In this document: positions 27,501 through 41,327 of the stretch, one piece after another | Numbering within the stretch: position 1 is the first letter of the stretch | How the letters are laid out: every line of letters starts with the position of its first letter | Assembly (NCBI GenBank): GCA_002104945.1 | Contig: MCFH01000039.1 | Location: 124,001 to 188,000, forward strand | From: Piromyces finnis finn | Lineage: Eukaryota > Fungi > Neocallimastigomycota | Length of the DNA stretch: 64,000 nt | Direction of reading: 5' to 3' | Translations under genes and position numbers: made by a program | The notes under the pieces: generated by a model | Databases searched by the model: none | The model's input: the letters and a program-made list of their open reading frames with translations, nothing else | What the model was told of the DNA's origin: nothing

Positions 27501-27846
27501 TTTTTTTTTTTTTATTTCTTTGTTGAATTAATAATTATAGAGGAAATAGATAACGTTAACAATCAATTAAAGTTGAAAAATAAATAAATAAAATAAAAAA
27601 AAATACAATTCAATAAAACAAAAAAATAACAACAACCGAATAATACCACCACCAACTATTGTTATTTATTTTCAAAAGGCAAAGTTTTCCGAAAATATTA
27701 TTATTGAAACAATAGTAGTAAATATAAAAGGAAAAAAGATAATTTATAGACAACTTGTTATACAGTTCAATGTACAATTAAAAACAACAACAATAATAAC
27801 AGCTATAAAACAAAAATAAACATTAACTAATAAATAATATTATTTG

Positions 27847-27877
<31 letters not shown>

Positions 27878-28396
27878 AAAATTATAGTTTTGTTTTAATA
27901 AGGAAAAGCAACACCATATTTCTATTCGTATTCATAAAAATATATATATATATTTTTTGACATTCTTGAAAAATTTGAAGGAAACACACTCCTTTTAAAT
28001 ATTTGTAAATATAATATTTTTTATATTGTTTTTATAAAAAAAAACTGATTTGATTTCCTAATCGTAAAAATTATTATCATACAAAAATAAGTAGCAATAT
28101 ATATATATATATTTTTTATTAAAAAGAAATATACAAATTATAGAATTTTATTAAAATAACAAAAAAAGTATATATACGAAAATTTATTTATTCTCGAAAA
28201 GAAATATATACCTTTTTTTTTTTTTTTTTTTTTTTTACAATTGAATAAATAAAAACTTTTATAGACTTTTCATTTATATAATAGATAATCTATCAACTTG
28301 AAGGATATATTTATATAATTCAATATACTATCAATTTTTTTATTCTTATCATACACTTTTCATTTTAAAAAAAATCAATAATAAAGATAAAACACC

Positions 28397-30856
28397 ATGG
28401 AAGATAATAATAAATTTTCTTTAAAGCTCGATTTAGATTTGGGTAATGATATAGAGTTAGCTAAAGATCTAGATTTTGATAACTTTAAAAAACAATTTTT
28501 AACAGATGAACCAGACGATTTTTTAAAGAATTCACCTGTATCACCAATAAGAACAAATTTTCAAAATGCTAATATTAATGCCTCACAGGTTAAAACACCT
28601 ACCTCACAAAAAAGAACAAGTTCTTTTGTTGCTATATCAAAATATTTAAATAATAGGTATAGTACTGATAGTAATGTCAGTAATAAAACTGATAATAATA
28701 TATCATCTTTATTAGTTAAAGTTGGTGACTTTTTCTCAAAGAAAACAACAGAAAAAGAAGTTGATGATAATAAAGTATTTATACCTACCAGTACCTCAGA
28801 TATGCCATCCGCTGTCATTATGAATATATTATTGAATGTAAAATCATCAAATGATTTATATAATGCTGCTCTTGTTTGTAAACGTTGGGCAACAATTGCT
28901 TTACCCCTTCTTTATTCAAAGGTTCACATAAAAACCGAAAATAATTTTAAAATTTGTTTAAAAATGAAAAAGTGTAATAAAGTATGCCAAATTTGTACCA
29001 ATAATACTTTCTCTCCTATTCCATCAAAATATAGAGGTCTAATTCAAGAATTAATTGTATCCCTCACTCATATTGATAGGAATAAGTTAAATTCCTCAGC
29101 GACTCCTATCGTACCACTTTATAAATCAAATAACAAACAACGTCTTTCCGTACAATCTACTCTCTCTAATTCTAGCTACTTATCTAATTCTTCTTCTATA
29201 CGATTAAATAGTAATAGAAGAGATTCCGAAATTTCCATTGGCTCTACAATATCTACCCTTTCAAATTCTCTTTGTAATTTCCCAATTAATGAGGAAGAAA
29301 CTATCACTACAACAACCGAATCCTCTTCAACCCTGGCCCAACTTGAAGGTAGTAATACCTCTTCACCTACTCTATCCCCAGATGGAAACAATAACACAAA
29401 TAGTAGTTTATCCGAATTAATCAACCTTCAATTAAATTCAACATCCGCCGCAACATCATCAAACCTTAACATCAATACGTCTGTGAGAGCTATTAAAAGA
29501 AGTAGTTTAAATAACGGTAATTCAAGTCCTCGTATTCAACCAGGCAATTCATCCTTTCAAATGGATCCATTCTTTGAAGAACATATCATTAATTGTGCTA
29601 TAGGTGGTAATCTTAAGGTATTAAAGCTTGTCAATATATCCTTACCAAGTTTAAATGCCATGTTAAAATATATCCCACCAAAACAACTTAAACATCTTGA
29701 AGTCACCACCATTCATAAAAGAATGACCCTTGAAATTGATTCTCTTTTAAACTATTTGAGACGTTGTGATGCCCTATCTTATTTAGGTCTTGGATTTTGT
29801 ACCGATCATTGTTCTTGTTGGTATGATGATAATGCCAAGTCGTTAGTTAGTCGATTAGTCAAGAGTCTACCGCCAAATTTGAAATCAATAAGATTTTTCT
29901 GTAGTAACATGATTCATCGTGATACCATGATGATTATTTCTCAAAAATGTCCAAAGTTGGAGAAATTAGATTTAACCGAAGCATGGTTTGAATTAGAAGA
30001 AAAGGAAGAGGAGGAAGAAACCAGCGCCATGGATGAAAGCTTTGAAAAGGTACAAGAGGATACGGCAGTAGAAGAATCAAAAATAGAAGATCAAAAAGAA
30101 AATTTATTAAATATCATGTCCATTCCTACGAAAAAGGGATTCCAATTTGCCAATCTTAAATACTTTGGATGTCGTGGTAGTGGTAGTCTTACCACCACCA
30201 AAACGGTATTAAACTTGATCCGTTCTGCTCCAAAGCTTTGTAATTTAAATTTAGATAGTCCAAATGAAATGACTTCCATGACAAGTACTCCACCATCTTC
30301 TGCTGCTGCCGGTAGAAGATCAATTTCTTTTAACGGTAATAGAAATTCTGTCAGTGGTAGTGGTAAATCAATTATTACTTCATCCGATTTAACCTTGAAA
30401 CTTTTTGAAACCATTTTAACGCATGGTAACACAGAAAGTTGGAAGACCCTTTTCTTGGGTCCACACCTTAGATCATGTTCACTCGGTAATCTTCATTGTA
30501 TTGCACTCTTTAGTCATTTAGAAGTATTACAATTATCCTGGGTAGCAACCGATACGCTTCTCAATGAAATAACGGAACAATGTAGAAATTTGAAGGTATT
30601 AGATATTTCTTATTCAAGTGTCACTGATAAAGGTTTAAGAAGAACCTTTATTGAAAATGGTTATGGAAAGCATTTAGAATGGCTTGGTATTCACAGTTGT
30701 AATCAAATTACTAATGAAGGTAAACTTTTATTAGTTAGTGAAATGCCAAAACTTTATGGTATTTTAACAGAAAAGGTAGCTCTCTACTGGATCAATAATC
30801 ATTTTGAATTACGTGGATGGCGTGGTATGAATGGTTATAAACAATATATTATGTAA
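28397..30856 (+). CDS. F-box / leucine-rich-repeat protein (819 aa), intronless
   Basis: F-box-like DMPSAVIMNILLNVKSSNDLYNAALVCKRWATIALPLLY; FBXL-type LRRs (CPKLEKLDL, CRNLKVLDISYSSVTDKGL, CNQITNEG); Ser-rich linker. Confidence 0.88.
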   Translation: MEDNNKFSLKLDLDLGNDIELAKDLDFDNFKKQFLTDEPDDFLKNSPVSPIRTNFQNANINASQVKTPTSQKRTSSFVAISKYLNNRYSTDSNVSNKTDNNISSLLVKVGDFFSKKTTEKEVDDNKVFIPTSTSDMPSAVIMNILLNVKSSNDLYNAALVCKRWATIALPLLYSKVHIKTENNFKICLKMKKCNKVCQICTNNTFSPIPSKYRGLIQELIVSLTHIDRNKLNSSATPIVPLYKSNNKQRLSVQSTLSNSSYLSNSSSIRLNSNRRDSEISIGSTISTLSNSLCNFPINEEETITTTTESSSTLAQLEGSNTSSPTLSPDGNNNTNSSLSELINLQLNSTSAATSSNLNINTSVRAIKRSSLNNGNSSPRIQPGNSSFQMDPFFEEHIINCAIGGNLKVLKLVNISLPSLNAMLKYIPPKQLKHLEVTTIHKRMTLEIDSLLNYLRRCDALSYLGLGFCTDHCSCWYDDNAKSLVSRLVKSLPPNLKSIRFFCSNMIHRDTMMIISQKCPKLEKLDLTEAWFELEEKEEEEETSAMDESFEKVQEDTAVEESKIEDQKENLLNIMSIPTKKGFQFANLKYFGCRGSGSLTTTKTVLNLIRSAPKLCNLNLDSPNEMTSMTSTPPSSAAAGRRSISFNGNRNSVSGSGKSIITSSDLTLKLFETILTHGNTESWKTLFLGPHLRSCSLGNLHCIALFSHLEVLQLSWVATDTLLNEITEQCRNLKVLDISYSSVTDKGLRRTFIENGYGKHLEWLGIHSCNQITNEGKLLLVSEMPKLYGILTEKVALYWINNHFELRGWRGMNGYKQYIM

Positions 30857-31550
30857 GAAGAAAATATAGTATAAAAGAAAAAAAAAAGGTTTCTCAAACT
30901 TTTTTTTTTATTTTTGTTCATCATTTCAATACTTTATATGGGAAAAAAAAAAGTCTAATAATAATAATAATAACACAAACAACAATGATAATAATGATAA
31001 TTAACATTAAAAAAAAAAATTGAATATTTTATATATATATAAAGACAATATTCTCTTGAAGACATAGAGAATTAAGATACCGAAAAAGTTTATAATTTTA
31101 GTATATAAAAAAGTTTTATCAATTTTATTTTATTTTTTTTTTTTAAAAAATTAAGCCTACAAAGAAGAAGAAAGAAAATTTTAGTAAGAAACCGCCAAAA
31201 GAAAAAAAAAAAAAAAAAAAAATCCAATTATATTTTTATATAAATCATAGAGGAAAAAGGAAAATTTTTATTTTACACTTTTAATATTTTTTATTTATAT
31301 TATATATATATTTCTTCTTCTTCTTCTTCTTTTTTTTTTTTTTTCTTCCCCTTCTTTACTATACAAATAAGAATGTTTTATAAAATAAATATATTTTATA
31401 TTTTTTTTTCAAGTGTAAAATTTATTATTTTTTCAACAATAAAATAAAAAAAAAAAATAAAAAAATAGTAAAAAAAAAAAAAAAAAAGTATGTCCTTTTA
31501 AGTTAGGAATAAAAGAGTAAGAAAAGTATTAAAAAAAAAAAAAAAAAAAA

Positions 31551-31950
31551 AGTTCATGACAAAGAACTCTACAAATTATGTGTTGTAGCATAAATTCCTT
31601 TCTGGTAAATTAAATGAAATAAAGAAAGGAAAAGGTAGGTAGAATAGTTAGGATGACCTCACACAAAACTTTTTCATGACTCTTTTACTAATATTTTTAT
31701 TCAAAAAAAAAAAAGAAAAAAAAAATACTTTTACATTGAATCCTATTGTACGGAACATTTGTAATATTCCTTTTTGACATATCAATTCTTGGTATGATTT
31801 CGACGTTTTTTTTTTTTTTTTTTTTGATGATGCCATTAGATGTTTTTACTAAACCTATAATAAATAATATCTTAATTATTAAAAAAAAAAAAAAAAAATA
31901 TTCTTTATAAATTAGAATGTAGAACAATTTAATAATTCCATTGTGAAAAG
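31551..31950 (-). ncRNA. Paralogous structured non-coding segment A (candidate ncRNA or decayed repeat)
   Basis: Shares blocks with B and C. Minus-strand 8-bp hairpin GGAAUAUU-ACA-AAUGUUCC (31752-31770); terminal hairpin AGUUC..GAACU followed by a U-run. Interrupted by homopolymers. Confidence 0.35.
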
Positions 31951-31954
31951 ATTT

Positions 31955-32178
31955 TTTCATCATTAACTATAGCAAGTCAAGAATATTTCATATTTCTAGC
32001 AATAGCAATTCTGGTAGATGTTTTTTTCATAACCAAAATGAATATAAATAATTCAATTCATTTCTAAATTTTAATGAGGTTTCATTGAATCTCTATGAAC
32101 AGAACATTTAGGAATGTTTCTTTTCCATATCAATACGACATTGATGCTCTTGATGACGCTAGGTGTCTTACTAATATA

Positions 32179-32180
<2 letters not shown>
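31955..32180 (-). ncRNA. Paralogous structured non-coding segment B
   Basis: Minus-strand hairpin AGAA(A)CAUU-CCUA-AAUGUUCU (32101-32121). Shares CATTGAA..GAACATT and GATGA.GC..TAG.TGT..TACTAA blocks with A and C. Confidence 0.3.
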
Positions 32181-32218
<38 letters not shown>

Positions 32219-32393
32219 TTTTAAGACTAGGAAAAGAATACACTTTTTCTTGTATTTATTTATTTAATTTGAAATATTACATTATATTAGGTGATGATAC
32301 ATATTGATATAATAAATAAATGATAATAAAAAAAAAAGATAATATATAAATATAAAATAAAATAAAATAAAATAATTATTAAAGTTGCATAAA

Positions 32394-32700
32394 AGTTCAA
32401 TGAACTATGCAATTCGTACTGTGTAGGATTGGTCTCTTCTTAATAAATTAAATGAAATAAAAAAGAAAAGCAACATCAGGTAGGATAGAAAGGTGTCTAC
32501 TAAACGCTCCCATGAGCTCATAATGTTTTCATTTGAATTTGAGGAAATACTAACATTGAACCCTGTGTACAGAACATTAGGAATGCTCCTTTGCCATGTC
32601 GGTATGACGTCAAGAGGGTATTGAATGATTTTTAAACTTTTTTGAATAATGAAAAAGCAAATTCCATTTCTAATAAACAAAAAATAAAGATCAATCATAA
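32394..32700 (-). ncRNA. Paralogous structured non-coding segment C
   Basis: Minus-strand hairpin GGAGCAUU-CCU-AAUGUUCU (32571-32589); an 18-mer identical to A (32444-32461 = 31606-31623); terminal hairpin AGUUC-AUU-GAACU plus UUUU. Confidence 0.38.
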
Positions 32701-33357
32701 ATATTTTCCACTTTTTTTTATTTATTTATTCATTGCAATAATGTTAATATTCATTTAATCAAAACTATCAACAAATACCCTCTTTTCATCTCATAAAATA
32801 TATATATATATAAAGACTTTTAATAAAATAGGAAAGTAATGAAACTAAAATTAATAAAGGATATTAAAATCCATATGTTTTTTATTTTTTATTATCATTT
32901 ATTATTATAATTATTAATAAATATATAAATATTATATATATAATAAAAAAAAAAAAGAAAAAGAAAAACAAATATTTAAAAATATAATTTTATTTTATAA
33001 CTATTATAATTATTATTTTATTATATTATATATATATATATATATAAAACAACTAAAAAAGAAAATAACAAATTATATTTATTATTTTCTCTTTTTTTTC
33101 ACATTATCCTTTCTTTCAATTTATAAATATATATCTTTTCTAAAAAAAATAAAATAAAATAAAATAAAATAATTATAACACCTATAGGACTATATATATT
33201 TCTTTTTACTAATATAACTAATATAAAAAATATTATATTTTTAAAATTAGTTCGTTTTTTTTTTTTTTTTTTTTTTTTTGGATTTTTTTTTATAATTTTT
33301 TTTTTTTAATTATTATACGAATAATCTTATTGTTTTTAAATATAACGTTTAATTTTC

Positions 33358-35322
<1,965 letters not shown>

Positions 35323-38300
35323 TTTTTATTATTTACTTTTTATCGTTTATTATTATTATTCATTTGTCATATTGTTATTATTTATTGTATTTTGTGTGTG
35401 TGTGTGTGTGTGTGTTTTTTTGGTTTAATATGTTGTTAATGTATAATTTGTGTTTTTATTATTATTTTTTTTAATTACATATTCAATTTTGGTGTGATAT
35501 TCAAATATAATTCATATTTTTTTTTAAAAAAAAAAAAAAAAAGTTAGTTTTTGAATATTATATTTATATATTCTTTTTTTTTTTGTACAAATATATTTTT
35601 TTAAAAAAAAAACAATTATTCAATAAATATATAAGCCTTATATTCAATTGGTTTTAAATTTTGCTTTTTTTTTTTTTTTTATGAATTGTGTTCTGAATAT
35701 TTTAATTTATATTTATTAATATATATATACTATTTTATTAGTTGGTGTAAAGTTTTTTCTATTTTACTTTTTTGTATTTATTTATATATGTAATATTATA
35801 GGTTTTACATATTTTGTTTTTTTCAATAGATAAAAGAAACTGAAAATATTGTTTTATTATTATTATATTATTATTTCTTATATTATTATATTCATTTTTA
35901 TTATTTTTATAATTTATTTTTTGTTTTATTTTAATATGCCTTTTAAAAATATGTGGATATATATTGCTTTGTACTTTATTATTATACTGAATTGTACTTT
36001 TTTTTTTTTTTAAAAAAAAAAAAGAAATAATAATTTATTATTGTTGATTTTCTTTTCTTTTTTTTTTTTTTTTTTTTGACATTTGAATTTATTTTATTAT
36101 TTTCTTTTCTATTAATATTTATTGTCCGAATTACTTTAATACAAATATATAACATTATATATACATTTTTATTTTTGATATTCTACTTGAAAAACAAATG
36201 ATTTATTATGTATATCTTTTCTTTCTATTATATTTAAATATTTCACTCTTTTTTTTTTTTAAAAAAAAAATAAAATAAAAATAAAAATGAAATAATTGAA
36301 TATTAGAGAAATTAAAAAAAAAAATAGAATAGAAATTAAAATTTAAAAAAAAAAAAAAAAAAAAAAGGAAAATAAAAAAGTTTCCTATTTCTTACATTTA
36401 TTTTCTATTATTAAAAGTTTTTTTTTATTTTTTCTTTTTTTTTAAAAAAAAAGAAAGTAGTGATATTCTAATAATAAAATTATATTTTAATTATTAAATT
36501 ATTTTTGTTAAGTTAAATATTCTATTAATAAAAAAAAAAAAAAATAAAAAAAGATAACAAGTTATTAGTAAAAAAAAATAATATAAAACCTTTTTTTTTT
36601 TGAAGGTGATTTATTTTTATTATTATTTTTTTTAAAAATAGATATCTACCAACTAAAAATAACTTTTTTTTTTTTGTTTTATTTTATTCTTCTTATTATT
36701 TTATTTTTTATTTTTTATTTTATTATTATTTAAAATTAAAAGGTTAAATAATAATAAAATTATAATTATTGAATTATATTTTTTAAATTCAATTAAAATC
36801 TTATTTTATAGGATAATTTTTTAAAAGTATAACTTTATTTTAGTAAAAACTCTTTTTTTTTTTTTTTTTGAGAATAAATAAAAGGGTAATGTTAGATTTT
36901 ATTATAATAATCACTATTACTATTATTACAATTAAAATATTTAAAAAATAAAATTTAAAATAATAAAAATAAAAATATTTTAAATGCTACTTAATTTTAT
37001 ATTAATTAAAATAATTTAAAAATTATAAAAATATTTTTAAAAATAAACTAAATAATTAAAATAGTTAAAGGTAGGAAAACTCTAATTCTAATGCATAAGA
37101 CCTTGATAATACATGAAATTAATAATAATACATAAAAACCTTGAACTAATTCAAATACATAAAACCTTGTTATATATATAAATATTTTTAAATGCACATT
37201 TCTACCAAAGGGAGGGATATATCATCTGAAAGAAAAGAAAAAAGTTTTAATATATAATAAGATTTAGTATTAAAGAAAAAAAGTGTTTTTTTATTTACTA
37301 ATAATTTTTTGTTAGAATGAAAAATTAAATACTTTTTTTTTTTTTTAAAAAAAAAAACAACAATATTAATGTTTTTTTTTTTAAATTTAAATTGTAATTA
37401 TGAAATTATAATTGATATATATAGCTCAAAGTAATACATTTTTTCTATTCTTTTTTTTTTTTTTTTTTTTTTAATTATGTGGTATTTTTAAATTTCCATT
37501 TCTAAATTTAATAATGATAATTAATAAAAAGATAATTACTTTTATAAGATTATGGGTTGGTAATTTTAATATTTAACCTATACCTATCTCTTTTATTAAA
37601 AAAAAAAAAGGTATTGTTATATATAGTTCTTTTTTTTCATTTGTGTAAACGGTTTAATGAAAAAAATAAAATAAATTTGAATAGAATATAACACAACAAT
37701 TAATAAATAGGTAATATAAAAAGAAAAATGAGAAGTACTTTTTCATTTTAAGGGATATAAAATATAAAGAAAAAAATATCCTTTTTTTTTTTTAATTTTA
37801 TTCAAATTTTTTTTTATTATTTATAACTTTACAATTATTATTATTTTCTTTTTTTTTAAATTGATAAAATTAATACAAATATGTAAATAATAAAAATAAA
37901 ACTTTAATAAGAATATTTATAAAAATATATAAAGTTTAGTATAATAATTTTATATTATATATATGTATTGTATATATGTGATAACATCTTTTTTTTTTTT
38001 TTTAAAAAATAGTTAAAATTATAATAAATAGCTAAATTGTTTTAAAGGAAATTTTATTTAACTCAATTTTTCTTTTATTTATTATTAAAATAAAATTTAA
38101 AAAAAATGCAATTAATGAAATAGTTTTTTTTAAAGAAGATGATATTTAACAATAAACTATTCTTTTTCTTCAATTTCATTCAATAGATATATATTGAATA
38201 TAATGAATTAAGAAGAAGAAGAAGAAGAAGAAGAAATGTTTAGTTAACAAATACTACTAATAAAATAGTTAATTATCGTTCGTTTTTTTTTTTATTTTTA

Positions 38301-40161
38301 TTTTTTATTGATATTTCAATAATAAAAAAAAATAGGTTTAAACCGAATGTTCTTAATTATTAAAAAACTTTTTTTTTTTTTTTTTAATTTCAAATTGTTA
38401 ATTATATTTAAAAATAAAGTTTTTAAAATTACAAAAAAAAAAACTTTTCCTATTTGATATTATCATTACATATTGTGAACAATTTATGTAAAGAAATGTT
38501 TGTTAAATATATTTCCTTTTTTTTTTTTTTATATAATAATATTTTATCAGTTAAAAAAAAAAAAAACCGGTTTTTATAACCAAACATATTATAAAAAATT
38601 AAAAGTTAAAATATTAATTATTAATTTTACCTTTTTTTTTTTTAAGAAAAAAAATAAAGGTGATGTTATGAAAAAGAACAATTTTTTTTTTAAATACTGA
38701 ATCTATTAGTGATTCTAATACTAAAAAGAAATTTCTATTAAATAGAAAATAATAATAATAATAGTAATAATAGCAATACTTATTATTTTATGTTCAATAG
38801 AATTTTATTATTCCTTTTTTTTTTTTTTTTTTTTTTATAAATTCTCTAAAGATTAATATTAATAGTAATGAAAAGAATTATTCTTTTTATTTTGTTAATT
38901 TATTTTAAAATAGTAATAATAAAAAAAAACTATTTAAAAAGATCATTATAAACATGCCATCTAACCTTTTATTTTACAAAATTATAAAGTCTCATATCAT
39001 AAATACAAGCATGTGGTGGTAGTAGTAGTTAAACTCTTTTTATAAATTAAAACTCTATTACAATTATTGTTTCGTTATTATTTGAATGGTCGTTTTACTA
39101 GTAGAAAAAAAAAATAAATGAACTATCAATATATTCTTTTTTATTATAATATGATAAACAAAAAACCAAATATATTTAAGTAATATTGTATCTTGTTTAA
39201 TACAAAAAAAGTGTATCTTTTTATTTATTTAAAATATAAATTCGTGATATAAACATGAATTTATAATAATCCTCTTTATAGTAATAATAATAATAAAGAG
39301 GATTATTATAAATATTAAATTGTTATTAGTAATGATAATATCACTGTTACTGATAAAAAAAATTCAAATAAATGTTAAACTATTTATTTATAGATAACCC
39401 TTTTTTTTAATAAAAATAAAAAAAAAAAAAAAAAGAATGTTGCTGTCTTTATTCCATGCTAATAAAGTTAAATCTTCTTTACATGGTAAGGGAGAAAGGA
39501 AGAATAATAATGAAAACTTTTTTTTATTTTATATAATGAATAGCCGTATTAAAGCACATTTCTATTATTATTAAATGAAAATTATACAAGATGAAGAGTC
39601 AAATAAAGATTTTAATTAGGCCAGTTCAATGACTGCTTTTTTTTTAAAAAAAAAAAATAAAATTTTTTATATAAAAAAAAGTTTGATTATTATTATTATT
39701 ATTATTATTTTAGTTTAAATAAAAAAAAATAGCGGTAACCAATTTTTTTTTTTTTTTTTTTTTAATTTGAAAAATATATAATTTTTTAAAAAAAAAAAGA
39801 ACAAATTTAAATTTAGTTAAAAGGAAATAGTATTAAGGAATAAAACATGAGAAAACTATGTAAGTTATTAATAGTCTTTTTTTTTTTTTTTTTTTTAATT
39901 ATTATAATTTATTAAAAAGATTTATCATCCATTTAAAACTTTAAAAATATTATTTTTTTTTGAAATTATATATTGAGAATTGCTTTTTTTTTTTTTCTTT
40001 TTTTTTGTCGTTTTATGGAATATAATTTATAAATAAAGAGAAAAAGAAAATAAAACTAATATTAAATATTAAATTCTTTATATATATATTAATAATAATT
40101 TCAAAAATATGAAATTTCAAATTTAAATTTCAAAAAATATTATATATTATTAATATGATAT

Positions 40162-40213
<52 letters not shown>

Positions 40214-40269
40214 TATATATATATATAAAAGGCTTAACACAAACTACAAGTAACTCTTTTTATAAGAAT

Positions 40270-41293
40270 GTGTTTAAACAATCTTCAAAAACAGTATTAA
40301 ATTCTTATTTAAAGTCTAGTAGAAATTATTCTGTAAAAAGTAATGATAATAATAACTCTTTAAAAATATCAAATAAAATTTTATCTCCAGTGGTTCAACA
40401 AGAATTTAAAAAGTATTTGAGTAAAAAACCAACTAGTGATATTAAAAATCAATTTACTACTCGTAATATTACTTCTATAACTGACCAAGGTATTGTTTTT
40501 TATTTTCAATTTTATAAACATTATAAAGAAATTGAAAAAAAAAAAAATAATTACAGAATTATATTACTACTACTACTGCTGTTAATAATTATAACTGAAA
40601 TATTAATATTCATACCAATAACGATACTAACAATAAAAATGTTTATATTATTTAAAACATTTTTTTAAAACAACATTATCTTTATATACATAATAATATT
40701 TATTATTATAAAATAATTTTTATATATTTAAATATATCATATCTTATTATTATTAATATATGTATAAATCCATATGGGAATACGTCATTATCATCATAAA
40801 CTATAATCATAAATCATAATAATAATAAATAAATAAATAAAAAAGGCAATGAAGAAACAACTTCACTTGTTCCAACGTTATCCTCTTCTTCAGTTATTTT
40901 AACAGAAGAAGAAAGAAAACTTTTAATTCAAAAATTTGATGAAGAATACGAAAAAAGAAAGCAAAGTGTTATTGAATATCGCTCTATGCTAACCAAATTA
41001 AAACGCGGTGAAAATAATTTTAAAAGTGAACTTTATCAATTTAAAAATCCAAATTTAAATTTTATTCATAGTGATAGTAAGGGATTACCATCTGATCTTT
41101 TTCAACAAAAGAATCTTTCTTGTTTAAAATATATTGATCCTTCCACCGTTTTTGCAAATAACGAAGTAAATATGAGTAAAATTGATATTTATGGCTTTGA
41201 TTATGATGTAAAGTTTTCTTTTTTTTTTTTTACTTTTTTCTTATTTTATTTCTATATAAATGATTAATTTATGTATATATAATTAAATAGTTG

Positions 41294-41327
<34 letters not shown>

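Noticed and set aside
32101-32121. snR30/U17 m1-like (A/G)CAUUCCUA
   Set aside because: The motif lies in a hairpin stem-loop, is degenerate in copy A, and no conserved m2 (AAACCAU) or ACA end is present.
31697-32698. ORFs 31697-31963 and 32405-32698 as a small peptide family (..W[KQ]R[NS]IPNV..)
   Set aside because: Paralogues differ by frame-breaking indels and substitutions show no synonymous bias; the protein resemblance follows from nucleotide similarity. A decayed coding origin is not fully excluded.
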